From Eledone cirrhosa (Eukaryota): a stretch of 31,019 nucleotides of DNA. A program made the translations under genes and the position numbers. The DNA lies in the NCBI GenBank assembly GCA_964016885.1, contig CAXHJY010001598.1:1-31019 (forward strand), in the 5' to 3' direction. Within the stretch, counting starts at the first letter, position 1. Every line of letters starts with the position of its first letter. A model generated the notes under the pieces. That model had not been told where the DNA came from and searched no databases. It saw only the letters and a program-made list of their open reading frames with translations. Of this stretch, positions 13,629 through 24,261 are shown in pieces.

Positions 13629-13972
13629 TATACCTTCCTGACAGATGGTTGAACGTCTGAAAGTATATACTTTCCTTATGCATATTAACGGCTGATCAGC
13701 CTAATTTGCATATCGAGTGAGTTTAGTCGGCCGTATAATGGTATATATATATATATATATATATACCATTATTCAACAGCTATAACCTCATGAGGCAGCT
13801 AGGACTTGAACAGAAAAAACAGGAAAACATAATGGTGGAACACAGTTTACCTCCGTTATGTCGTTGATATGCCCAGTTCCACCAAGTGTGGTGTTGTTTG
13901 CTCAAAGAACTGGTGGCATATGAATTAGAATGATCGAATTCAAGCATATATATATATATATATATATATATA

Positions 13973-14171
13973 CCAAAGGAATTGTGGTAAGGAACCAGAT
14001 GGGCCATAACGCACCAGAGTACTCAATACTTAGAGTAGTAGAGTGGGAAATAGGAAAAAGTATGACGCCGACGGCTAAAAGTATGACCCCCGCCGTTTCG
14101 ACGGCTATTTATGTCCAGAAATAGTCGTCGAAACGACTTGAGCTCTGCCGTCGGGGTCATACTTTTTCCTA
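13973..14171. mobile_element. Solo inverted pseudo-LTR of the PLE family seen at 29530-30089
   Basis: 13973-14065 aligns with 29972-30070, and 14113-14171 aligns with 29581-29640. Arms ~14049-14110 and 14119-14171 are inverted. Flanked by (TA)n. Confidence 0.8.
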
Positions 14172-14189
14172 TATATATATATAAACATA

Positions 14190-14256
14190 TAGATTTAATC
14201 GACATTCCTCTTCCCTTCAAATTGCTGGCCTTGTACCAAAAGTAGAGACGATTATT
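14190..14256 (+). mobile_element. SINE family 1, 3' fragment
   Basis: GATTTAATCGAC.TTCC.CTTCCCTTCAAATTGCTGGCCTTGT matches 1216-1280. Confidence 0.75.
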
Positions 14257-14435
14257 GTTTCAGTCTTGTTTCTTTTCTGTCGTCATTTCTCGAAAGCTGA
14301 ATCTACTAAATGTCTTCACTGATGCTATTATTTATTACATTTGTTGTTTGCTTCTGAAAGTTGGAACAGCGTAAGTGGGCATTAATATTATTTACATTTA
14401 TTTAATATATTAAGTCATGAAAATGGAGTTGACTA

Positions 14436-14520
14436 TCCGCATGTGGGAGTCTCGTGAGCTGTAATGGCTCTTCCATCCGCCGTGGAAACGCCTTCTCTAT
14501 TCTGTCTGCCGGGGTCGCCC
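14436..14520 (+). mobile_element. CRE-clade 3' remnant
   Basis: Encodes ESREL*WLF / IRRGNAFSILSAG. Confidence 0.65.
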
Positions 14521-15054
14521 CGCAACCAGCACGTGGGCCCCCATTTGCTTATAATATTGAGAGATGGGGAGAGTGGGAGAAATGGAGGCAGTGAGTGAAA
14601 GAGAGAGAACATCAATACTTATTTACTTATTTATTAGTATTTATCAGATGACTGTTATACGATCTTGTAACTACACTCTACCATCTTAAACAACATCACA
14701 CGATCTAGTCTTAGAACCGTTGAATGGGAATGAATTTTATTGAATTGACGTGAAATTTAGAAGCTACAATGTAGGTTTTTGACTATGAAAAAAATAGTTT
14801 AACAAGTTTGGCTCGACGCAGTACACATTTGATTTGTCTCCAGGGGCTTATATGCCCATATCGTTAAACTATTTTTCATGAAATTTAATAAAAAGCTACT
14901 AGAATATTTTTTCATATAATGTACGATGTTAAGCATCGTATATTTATTTGTTACCAGTAAACACTGGTAAAACTCTCAGAGCTACAACAGCAGATATTTT
15001 CTTATAGTTTATTTCTTTTGTGTAAGCTTAAATAACCTCCTCTCATAGAGTCCA

Positions 15055-15191
15055 CTGTACTATATATACTGTACTATGTATACTGTGCTATGTATACTGT
15101 ATTATGTATACTGTACTATATACTGTACTATATATACTGTACTATGTATACTGTACTATATATACTGTACTATGTATATGTACTATATATA
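15055..15191. repeat. 14-bp minisatellite (CTGTACTATRTATA), ~10 copies
   Basis: Direct reading. Confidence 0.9.
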
Positions 15192-15576
15192 CACTTATTG
15201 AAATGTATATAGTTGGTGGTGGGGGACTTCCCAGGTTATTTAATAGATTCATCTTCTCTGGCTTTTATTTGTAGAACTAGTACAGGTCATCAGTCAAGTC
15301 AAGCATCCACTGTAATTTACCTTGATAATTCCGTGACCTACGTTAGCTTATAGTTATCTCCCCTCTTGCCATCACGTGTTCTTTAGTTATTACTCCGATC
15401 TTCTCTGAATAAACAGACGCTTCTTTATATTAACCAGAAGGTTTTTTTATCTATTTTTTTTATTATGATAAGCGTTTGTGGGATAGCATCCAAATATTTT
15501 GTATGTATGTATGTATATTTGTGTGAATACACACACACACATATATATATATATATGTGTATATTTGTGTGAATAT

Positions 15577-15627
<51 letters not shown>

Positions 15628-15999
15628 TATATATACATACACATATATATGCATTCATATATATGGTGTCTGCCAACTCGTTTTCGAGTACGGCCACTAC
15701 TTTATATCCATGTAGGAGAACGCCTACCGATGCACTGAACGAGTGTGACTTTTTAGTCCACCCAGCGACTTGAAAACTCTGGTACAAACACTACACTTGT
15801 GACAATTATTGACACATAGTGCTGGGCCCATGGTACCCTGTGACGACAAGTGTAGAGAGATCTCCAGATATAAAGCAATGCCTGTGCCGTGAAGTTTTTA
15901 TAGTGAGCAAAGGCACTGCACAAAGCCAGTCCCACTCTCTTAACCAAGATGATATTTACCAAAAAGAAGAACAAGTCAACATCATTGAATACCATCAGG

Positions 16000-16272
16000 G
16001 TTGCAGGTGTTATATCAGAGTTTTCCTTCTCCTAGAATTCTGCCTTGACAAAGGCTAAGGGGTCATCTCTCCCGGTGATTTTGGATGGCCATTGACTCTT
16101 AAGAGCTCCTTTGCCCTTTGACAGGTTTTGTTTTTAGTCCTGCAGGATGTCCAAAGTCACCCTCCTCACCAAGAAACCTTGGTGGGGTTGCCAGATTAGT
16201 CGCCAACGACCCAACCATGAGACAGGTTGTACTGGGATACATGTTACCAGTACCACCAACTGGTGACCTGAC
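16000..16272 (-). mobile_element. Dispersed repeat resembling an RTE-type 5' UTR or derived SINE
   Basis: 16078-16190 is the diverged reverse complement of 23250-23363. It contains CTAGGAGAAGGAAAACTCTGA, a motif I associate with RTE-type leaders. Confidence 0.5.
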
Positions 16273-16372
16273 ATACATATACATACATACATACATATAT
16301 ATACATACATACACATATATACATACATACACACACACACATATATATGTATATGTATGTATATTTGTGTGA

Positions 16373-16463
<91 letters not shown>

Positions 16464-16652
16464 CACATACATACACACACGTATCATCCAGAGATGTATT
16501 GTTAAGCTATTTGACTTCTCTGCTTTAGTATTTAATCAGTGTAACAAGGAAGTAAATTAGGTTTCTTATTCTAAAAACTAAATAAAAACAAAATAATTCA
16601 GCTTTTCATGACTCACTATCTTTAGAGAGAAGTAATGTTGGTGTTAGTTGAT

Positions 16653-16986
16653 GGTGAATATACGTGGTGTACTGGTTAATATGGTGGGCTCACGGTCGTA
16701 AGGTGATGGCTTCCATTTCCAGACCCATAGGTGGATTGTGTCCGCCAACAAGACATTTTTTATCTGCTGAATGGATTGAAATAACGTGAAATAAAAGGAT
16801 TTATACCTGCAATTCAAGGGTTTAGCTTCGTCACATCTTGTGTTACACTGAATCTCCCTGAGAACTACGTTAAGTGTGCATGTGTGTGCGGTCTGTGTAA
16901 TACTCATCCACATTAATTCTAGTAGCAGATATTCTTATGATTGAATCAACCGTCGGAAACAACGGTGACCCAATAGTAACAACAAG
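16653..16986 (+). mobile_element. Degenerate tRNA-derived SINE, family 2
   Basis: A-box-like TGGTGTACTGG, decayed B box CTTCCATTTCC, GTGTCC....CAAGACA core-like motif, and short (AAC) tail. Confidence 0.5.
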
Positions 16987-16989
16987 GTA

Positions 16990-19511
16990 CTGTCTACGCC
17001 AGCGACCGGGGGAAGGATGCAGCTTTTGTACGAGAGTATGCCACTATAAGTGGAAGAAAGAGCGACAAAGAATCAAGAAGGACAGGAAGACTATTGAAAA
17101 GAGAAATGAAAGACCTGCTCCTTGCCCCCAGGCAAAGGATAGAAGCCGATTTCACCCTGGATGAACTCAACGCTGCAATTAAAAAGATCAAAGCACGTAA
17201 AACAGCAGGTCCAGATGAAATAGCGCCAGACCTTCTCAAACATCTAACCAAATCTATTCTAATTGAACTTTTGCAAATTTTAAACCATAGTTGGGCGAAA
17301 ATTTGGTGCCCTCAGTCTTGGCGGACGGCGACAATCATACCTTTCCACAAAAAAGGCCAAGATCCAGCAGAAGTAGGGAGCTACTGCCCAATATTACTGA
17401 CCTCAACAATAGGAAAACGACTTGAAAGACTGATGGCTACCCGTCTGTCATGGTGGCTCGAGGAGCATTCGATTCTCAGTCCCTGGCAGGCGGGTTTCAG
17501 GAAAGGACGCAGTACAACCGATCAATGCTTCCGACTCTCCCAATTCATCTCGGATGGGTTCCAATCGTCGCAGCGCAAACGCACGCTAGCCACCTTTTTC
17601 GACTTTAGCAGGGCGTACGATCGTGTCTGGAGAACCAGACCACTGCAGAGCATGCTGAGGCTTGGTGTTCCCCTACGTTTTGTTGAATGGTTGTCGAAAT
17701 GGTTCGTGAACCGCACCGCGAGAGTCCGTCTTAACTCAACGACAGGTAGGAGCAGAGTGTTTAAAGAAGGCCTTCCACAAGGGACCATCCTGTCTCCAAC
17801 CCTCTTCACGGTCTACATAAACAGCCTCCTAGATGGATTTGAAGAATCTACGCACGTCAGAGCCTACGCAGATGATCTGGCGTTCGCGTGTAACGGAAGG
17901 AATAAAGATGAAGTAGCCGTCCTACTACAAAAAGAGGTTGACAAGGTAGCTGAATGGGGCAAGGAAGCTAGACTGCAGCTCAATATTAATAAATGCGAGA
18001 CAACATTTTTCAGTCTTGATGGAGCAGAGGCAAAGTGGCAGCCCAGTATCGCAATAGCCGGGAAGCAACTTTCTTGCAACCCTTTCCCCAAATTCCTGGG
18101 CATCACTTACGATCGGCAGTTAACTTTTGGGGAACATGTCGAGAAGGTATGTCGAAATATCCAATCGAAAACGAACCTACTAAAAACTGTAGCAGGAACG
18201 ACGTGGGGCTGGAAGAAGGCGGATCAACACTTCCGTATAACGAAGCATCGCAGAATATGCGGCTCCGGCGTGGACACCCTGGTTGTCTGCCACCAACATC
18301 GGCAAGCTCGAAAGAGTACAACTAGACGTGGCTCGAGCCATCACCGGCCAAGTCAGAACCACGCCGACCGACACTGTGCTCTCCTCCAGATTCTCGATAT
18401 TTGCACTGCTTAAAGCTGATCACTGGGTGAACCTACCAAAGACGGACAAACGGCACAACGTTTTCAATACCAGCTGCTGAAAAAGGCTCAAAAAGACAGA
18501 CTGGAGAGGCACGCAATCCCAGCACCTGGCACGACTACATCTTATCCCCCCCCCGACACCCCTACCGAAAAAGACCCAGAACCTCCCTCATGGCTAACCC
18601 CACCCCCCATACATGTAATCTACACCAATATCTCAAAGTCCCAAAATGCAAACCAACAACTGACAGCAGCCTTAGACTCCATATCAACCCTCGCCCCGTC
18701 AGATGTTCAAATCTACACCGATGGGTCTACAAAAGAAGGTACTACCGATGGCGGAGCTGGTATGGTCATCATGAAAGATGGTGAGGTCGTCCAGGAGTGG
18801 CGTACAGCAACAGGCGCTAGAAGTAGCTCCTTTCACTCAGAAAAAGCTGCGCTTAGAGAAGCCATCCACTGGTTACAAACCAGTAACGCAAAATGGACTT
18901 CGGTGACCATCATCTGCGACTGTAAATCTCTAGTTCAGGCAATCGACAACTCTGCCCCCAAATATCCCACTATAACAGAACTCCAGGCAGCAGTTAACAA
19001 CCCCGGAGAAGACAAAAACCTAACTGTTGTATGGCTCCCAGGTCACTGTAATCTACAAGGGAATGAACTAGCCGACAAACTCGCAAAGCAGGGCTCCTCA
19101 CTTCCACAACCTAACACCCCTGCTGATCATGCCACGAGACAAGCTCTCATCAAAAGGGAGTGTAGACCAGCACCCTTCACCCACGAGAGAACTATCCAAA
19201 CCTTCAGCAAACCGCCGGACGAGAGAGTCGAAAACACTATAGACAAGGCTGATCTCAGCCACCTTATCCACTTCAGAAGTGGGCACCATCCAGCACTTGG
19301 CAGGTGGCAGCTACTGACTGACAAATGTGAAGACAGCACTTGCAGACTCTGCGGTGAAGAGGAGGAGGAGTCTGAAAACCTCTGGCTACGATGCCCTGCA
19401 TTGGCGATCGAGAGATACCATCACCAACTCGGCACACCCTTAGAGGAATTAGTCCGTCTCCCAGTCGCATCTCAAGCTCTTCTGAGGAGGATCCTCAGGC
19501 GCCTGAGGTGA
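16990..19511 (+). mobile_element. 5'-truncated I-group (Ingi/I-like) LINE ORF2: RT, RNase H and C-terminal Zn knuckle; pseudogenised
   Basis: RT motifs KTAGPDEI, QAGFRKGRST, FFDFSRAYDRV, GLPQGTILSPTLF, YADD, KFLGITYD, AGTTWG. RNase H motifs IYTDGS (18711), SEKAAL, ICDCKS, WLPGHCNLQGNELADKLAK. C-terminal CRLC..EESENLWLRCP. There is a frameshift at ~18225, a stop at 18478-18480 and further shifts before 18700. Confidence 0.93.
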
Positions 19512-19915
19512 ATTTAAAAAAAAAACCCCAAAACCAACAGCAACAGTAAAAACAATAACAACAATAACAATAACAACAACGACAAAACAATAACAACAAT
19601 AACAAAAACGACAGTAACAACAACAGCAACGACAACAATGACAGTAACAACTACAACAACAACGACAGTAACAACAATACTAATAACAGCAATAATGACA
19701 GTAACAACAACAGCATGAGTAATAACAACAACGACAGCAACAGCAACGACAGAAAAAACAGTAACAACGACAGTAACAACAACAACGACAACTACAGCAG
19801 TATCAACAACAACAACGACGACGACGACAACGACAGCTACAACGACAGCAACAACAACAGTAACAACAACAGTAACAACAACAGCAACAACTACAACAGT
19901 ATCAACAACAACAGT
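19512..19915 (+). repeat. Degenerate (AAC)n 3' tail of the LINE
   Basis: Starts ~20 nt after the ORF stop and consists of AAC/AAT/AGC/GAC variants. Confidence 0.85.
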
Positions 19916-20399
19916 GAGCTAATGGTCAGCTGTGCTAACAGACACCCCACCGTTATTTCCAGTAATTGTGTGCGTGGCTTGAATAGTTCTTTGGTAAAGC
20001 TACGACAGGAGACTGAATTAATGGCTACTTACTAATGAATTTAATGGCATTCCTGGATCTATGGTAGAAGCATAGATAATGTTGTCACACGTGGGATTTG
20101 AATTGAAAATAGAATCTAGATTAAACAGTCACTCAGGTATTTTATTGGTTGCCCCACACACCCACGCCACGTTGGTAACATGTATGAATTACTGACATTT
20201 ATCGTGTATTGTGAGTGAAAACCATTATTGTATTCTATCAATGTTTTACAAAGAAAAGCTAAAAGAAAGCAATCATATTACTACGACTACTACCGCCACC
20301 TACCTGCAAATGAGTATGACTTGGTAGTATATAGTATGATTTCGCTAATGGTTTTAGCTTCCCATGTTGTCTCTAGCAAACACAAACACCATATCGACT

Positions 20400-20453
<54 letters not shown>

Positions 20454-20572
20454 TTAATCCAATGGGACATCCAGAAGTAGATCACGTTTCTACTTGGAAG
20501 ATTTTGCTGCTTTTTCTGGGTGTGGTGTCCGGAGACTAGAAGCATGACACACATCACAGTCTAATATACATT

Positions 20573-20757
20573 GCGGATTGGCAGTATCGGTGGAGGGTCG
20601 GACGCCATGCTTTCCAGCATAGTTACGTCTCTTTACGATCTGAGTTCAAATCCCGCCGAGGTTGACTTTGCCTTTCATCCTTACAGGGTCGATAAAATAA
20701 AGTACCAGTAATGCACTGGTTAGTTGCTGGCCTTGTGCCTAAAGTAGAAACAATTAT
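20573..20757 (+). mobile_element. SINE family 1, near full length
   Basis: Matches 11882-12072 throughout. Confidence 0.88.
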
Positions 20758-20834
20758 ATGTATTGCATCTTTAGAGTTAAGTCTCGATGTGAGTGTGTTT
20801 CTGTGAAATATACACACACATATATAAATATATA

Positions 20835-21130
20835 TCGATAAATAAAGTACCAGTCCAGTGCTGTTATAGCCCCTTCTTCTTCTTCTCTCTCTCTCTCTCT
20901 CTCTAGCTGGTACGAACACAAAGGTAATCAAACTCCCACTATCACTGCCTCTGACTCTCCCGCTCTCCCCCGTGACAGCTAGAGAGAGAGAGAAGAAGAA
21001 GAAGGGGGTTATACCAGCACTGGACTGGCTGGTTCTTTATTTATCGACTCCGATTGGGTGAAAGGTAAAGTAGACCTCGTTGAGATTTGAAACACCAGAA
21101 CAAATGTCCAACGCTCTACCGACTCAGCCA
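20835..21130 (-). mobile_element. SINE family 1 variant (21130-20976) with an inverted duplicate of its 3' part (20835-20909)
   Basis: Minus-strand head TGGCTGAGTCGGTAGAGCGTTGGAC, then TTCAAATCTC, core, and a (CTT)n(CT)n tail. The arms are reverse complementary. Confidence 0.7.
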
Positions 21131-21137
21131 CTAATAT

Positions 21138-21254
21138 TAATTGTTTCTACTTTTGGCACAAGGCCAGCAATTATCCCAGTGTATTACTGGTACTTTATTT
21201 TATCGACCTCATAAGGATGAAAGGCTGGCCTTATGCCAAAAGTAGAAACAATTA
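21138..21254 (-). mobile_element. SINE family 1 3' half with inverted copy of its own tail
   Basis: 21138-21225 matches 5853-5940. 21224-21254 is the reverse complement of 21138-21168 with 2 mismatches. Confidence 0.8.
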
Positions 21255-21360
21255 TCATATTAGTACAATAATCAACTGGCATATTACTTTTCTACCATTA
21301 ATGACTTTGTTTTGTGGTTGGGGGGATTTCAAATATTCCCTCTCACTTTACTGAGTTCCA

Positions 21361-21812
21361 TTAGTAGTAGTGGTGGTGGTGGTGGTGGTAGTAGTAGTGG
21401 TGGTGGTGGTGGTGGTAGTAGAAGTAGTAGTGGTGGTGGTGATGGTGGTTGTGGTAGTAGTAGTAGTAGTCATGGTGGTAGTAGTAATGGTGGTAGTAGT
21501 AGTGGTGGTGTTAGTAGTAGTCGTAGTAATGTTGGTGATGGTAGTAGTAGTAGTGATGGTGGTAGTAGTAGTGGTGGTAGTAGTAGTAGTTATAGTGGTA
21601 GTAGTAACAGCAGTAGTTGTAGTAGTTGTGGTTGTAGTAGTAGTAGCACTAGTAGATATAGTGATGGCATTGTTGGTGGTTGTGATGGTAGTAGTAGAAG
21701 TAGAATATATAGTCACGGTAGTAGTAGTAGTAGTAGCAGCAGCAATAGTAGGAGTGGTGGTAGTAGTAGTAGTGGTAGTAGTAGTAGTAGCAGTGGTAGT
21801 AGTAATAGTAGT

Positions 21813-21844
<32 letters not shown>

Positions 21845-21902
21845 TAGTGGTAGTAGTAGCAGTAGTAGCAGTAGTAGTAATAGTAGCAGCAGCAGTGGTA
21901 GC

Positions 21903-21955
<53 letters not shown>

Positions 21956-22408
21956 GTAGTAGTAGCAGTAGTAGTAGTACAGTAGCAGTAGCAGCAGCAG
22001 TAGTAGTATAGCTCAGTAGTAGTAGCAGTAGTATAGTAGTAGTAGTAGTATAGCAGCTAGTAGTATAGTAGTAGCAGTAGTAGTAGTATTACAGTAGCAG
22101 TAGTAGAAGCAGTAGGTACAGTAGTCAGCAGCAGTGGTAGTAGTAGTAGCAGCAGTAGTAGTAGTAGTAGTAGTAGCAGTAGTAGTAATAGTAGTAGTAG
22201 CAGTAGTAGTAGTAGTAACAGTAGCAGCAGCAGTGGTAGTAGTAGTAGCAGCAGTAGTAGTAGTAGTAACAGTAGCAGCAGCAGTGGTAGTAGTAGTAGC
22301 AGCAGTAGTAGTAGTAGTAGTAGTAGTAGTAGCAGTAGTAGTAGTAGTAGCAGCAGTAGTAGTAGTAACAGTAGCAGTAGCAGCAGCAGTGGTAGTAGTA
22401 GTAGTATT
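21361..22408. repeat. ~1-kb (TAG/TGG/CAG)n trinucleotide low-complexity tract
   Basis: Direct reading. This tract gives the poly-S/V/T pseudo-ORFs. Confidence 0.95.
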
Positions 22409-23249
22409 ATCCTAGCAGTTTGTATCAGATGTCAGACCCACCGAATATAAAGCGAAAATGGAAACAGGAAGAAAAGGTGATAAGTAGTCGCAGTTACAAA
22501 CGATCTATTTTCCTTTCTTTTTATAGTCTTTTAAAGCTTTTGTATCAGGTATTGAGAGGAGGTGAGATGAGTGCAGTTTGATGTGGAGCTTCGTCTTCTA
22601 TAGAACGATGTTTCCACGGAGAAAATAAACGACGAGAGAAATGAATTGTTATACATATACTCCATGTAAGACGATGGATGGTCAAACAACTGAGTGTTTG
22701 TAGAATGATAGATACATTATTATTATCTATTTAGACCAACAACAAAACACTGACAAAACCTACTAATGGTTTATTTACAAATACAAATGGCGAGATTTAT
22801 AAATGGTGTAATAAAAAACATTACATTCTAGATAAGAGAGAAGGGAAAATAGAAAGAGCAAAGACAGGAGATAATGAAAAAATACATACAAATATGGCAA
22901 ATATTGTAACTTATGTCTGTGTAAAATGTACAGTCATATTGAAATCGTTAAATACTAATACGGTCGCTTATGATGCTATGCAATAGTTTCCCTGTGAAAA
23001 CGATGTTAGACGGTGTTAAGTAATTATTCAGTGCATGATGGAAGTAAAACATAAAATGAGAAGGACAATAACCCAGTTGAAGTATCGATACTTTAATTGT
23101 ATTGGGAGCTTTTGCAATAAGCTTCAAATAAATGGAAAACTAATACAATTTGTCGTTTAATATATATGATGGTGAGCAAATGTAGGTGTCCTATAGAGAG
23201 AAGACAATATTTCCAAATAGTTTGAAACTAAAAATGAATGCCAAGACGT

Positions 23250-23363
23250 TACCCACCAAGTTTACTTGGTGAGGAGGAGGATTTTGGACACCCTGCAAGA
23301 CAAAAAAACAAAACCTGACAAAGGGTGGAAGAACTCATAAGAGTCAACGGCCATCCAAAAGTC
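23250..23363 (+). mobile_element. Second copy of the dispersed repeat at 16078-16190
   Basis: CCCACCAAG....CTTGGTGAGGAGG...TTTGGACA.CCTGCA.GAC.AAAAACAAAACCTG.CAAAGGG...TAAGAGTCAA.GGCCATCCAAAA is shared. Confidence 0.75.
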
Positions 23364-23876
23364 TGAAAATATGTATATACACATGTACATATGTATGTAT
23401 ATGCATGGGTGCATGTGTATGTATATGCGCGGGGACATAGAAATGTATGTATGTATGCATGCACCCGTAACTTCAGGTCGAGTCATAAGGGCTCCATAGT
23501 GACATTTTAAAACTAGCGAGTATCATCTCTATCTAGGCCAGGTCTGAACATGATTGATTTATTCCAGAGAAGTAGAGAGATGAAGTGTGATAAAGAAGAT
23601 GTGAGAATAGATATAGAGAAAGAATTGACCCCAATATTGGACTGCGACATTTTCTATTAACCCACCTCGGCCGTATTTGAAGTATATTTTTTTCCTTTTT
23701 TGTTTCTCTCTCTCTTTTTTCTGGGTTAGAAAATGATTAAAACGAAATGTTTTACTTTGTGTGAAGTGTTAAGGTATTAGTTGATTTATTTATTATTTAA
23801 CAATGGCATTTATTTATCTATTTATCTATTTAATTATTGTTTATATATATATATATATATATTGGGGGGGGGGGGT

Positions 23877-23916
<40 letters not shown>

Positions 23917-23917
<1 letters not shown>

Positions 23918-23989
23918 GTTATTCCGGGTTGAATCGGAGGTAGCCACAGTAAGTAAGGTACTCAATACATAGCAGAAGTCATCTATATT

Positions 23990-23993
<4 letters not shown>
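23917..23993 (-). mobile_element. 3' terminus of the 11369-11502 HHR element, with a short inverted piece
   Basis: 23917-23976 is the reverse complement of 11443-11502 (1 mismatch). The following CATCTATATTAAAA equals 11420-11433 in direct orientation. Flanked by (TA)n. Confidence 0.85.
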
Positions 23994-24033
<40 letters not shown>

Positions 24034-24034
<1 letters not shown>

Positions 24035-24232
24035 GGGATAACAAATTATTGTTATAGGTAGTCATGTAGTCCAGTTACGGTACTCCGAGTAGTGGATAAT
24101 ATTAACGCTTGACTAAGTTTGACTCAACAAGACGTTTCCATAGTGATGCTGCGAGTACGCGGGCGGTGATTTCTATGTAGTTTACACTTGGAGTAATAAT
24201 AAATCAAGAAAGAAGAGTGACATGGTTTCCTA
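24034..24232 (-). mobile_element. Probable PLE-like terminus with a partial hammerhead-like motif
   Basis: The minus strand has CATAG...CTATG-GAAACGTC-TTG but no CUGANGA. GAGTAC lies 51 nt from the (TA)n junction. Confidence 0.4.
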
Positions 24233-24261
24233 TACACACACACACACACATATATATATAT

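Noticed and set aside
13638-13676. Second HHR-like string CTGACAGA...GAAAGTATATACTT on the plus strand
   Set aside because: The core is one base too long and no stem I can form.
11500-14180. CRISPR-like alternation of repeats and unique spacers
   Set aside because: The repeats are variable-length (TA)n, the 'spacers' are 200-400 bp transposon ends, the context is eukaryotic, and there are no cas genes.
17522-19470. Antisense ORFs over the LINE (likewise 28575-29231 over the PLE)
   Set aside because: They are shadow frames of the retroelement coding sequence with no recognisable motifs.
19715-20035. Asn-rich ORF
   Set aside because: It is the translation of the LINE (AAC)n tail.
21312-22415. 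Poly-Ser/Gly, poly-Val and mucin-like poly-Thr ORFs
   Set aside because: These are reading frames of a (TAG/TGG/CAG)n tract, with no signal peptide, splice context or unique flanking coding sequence.
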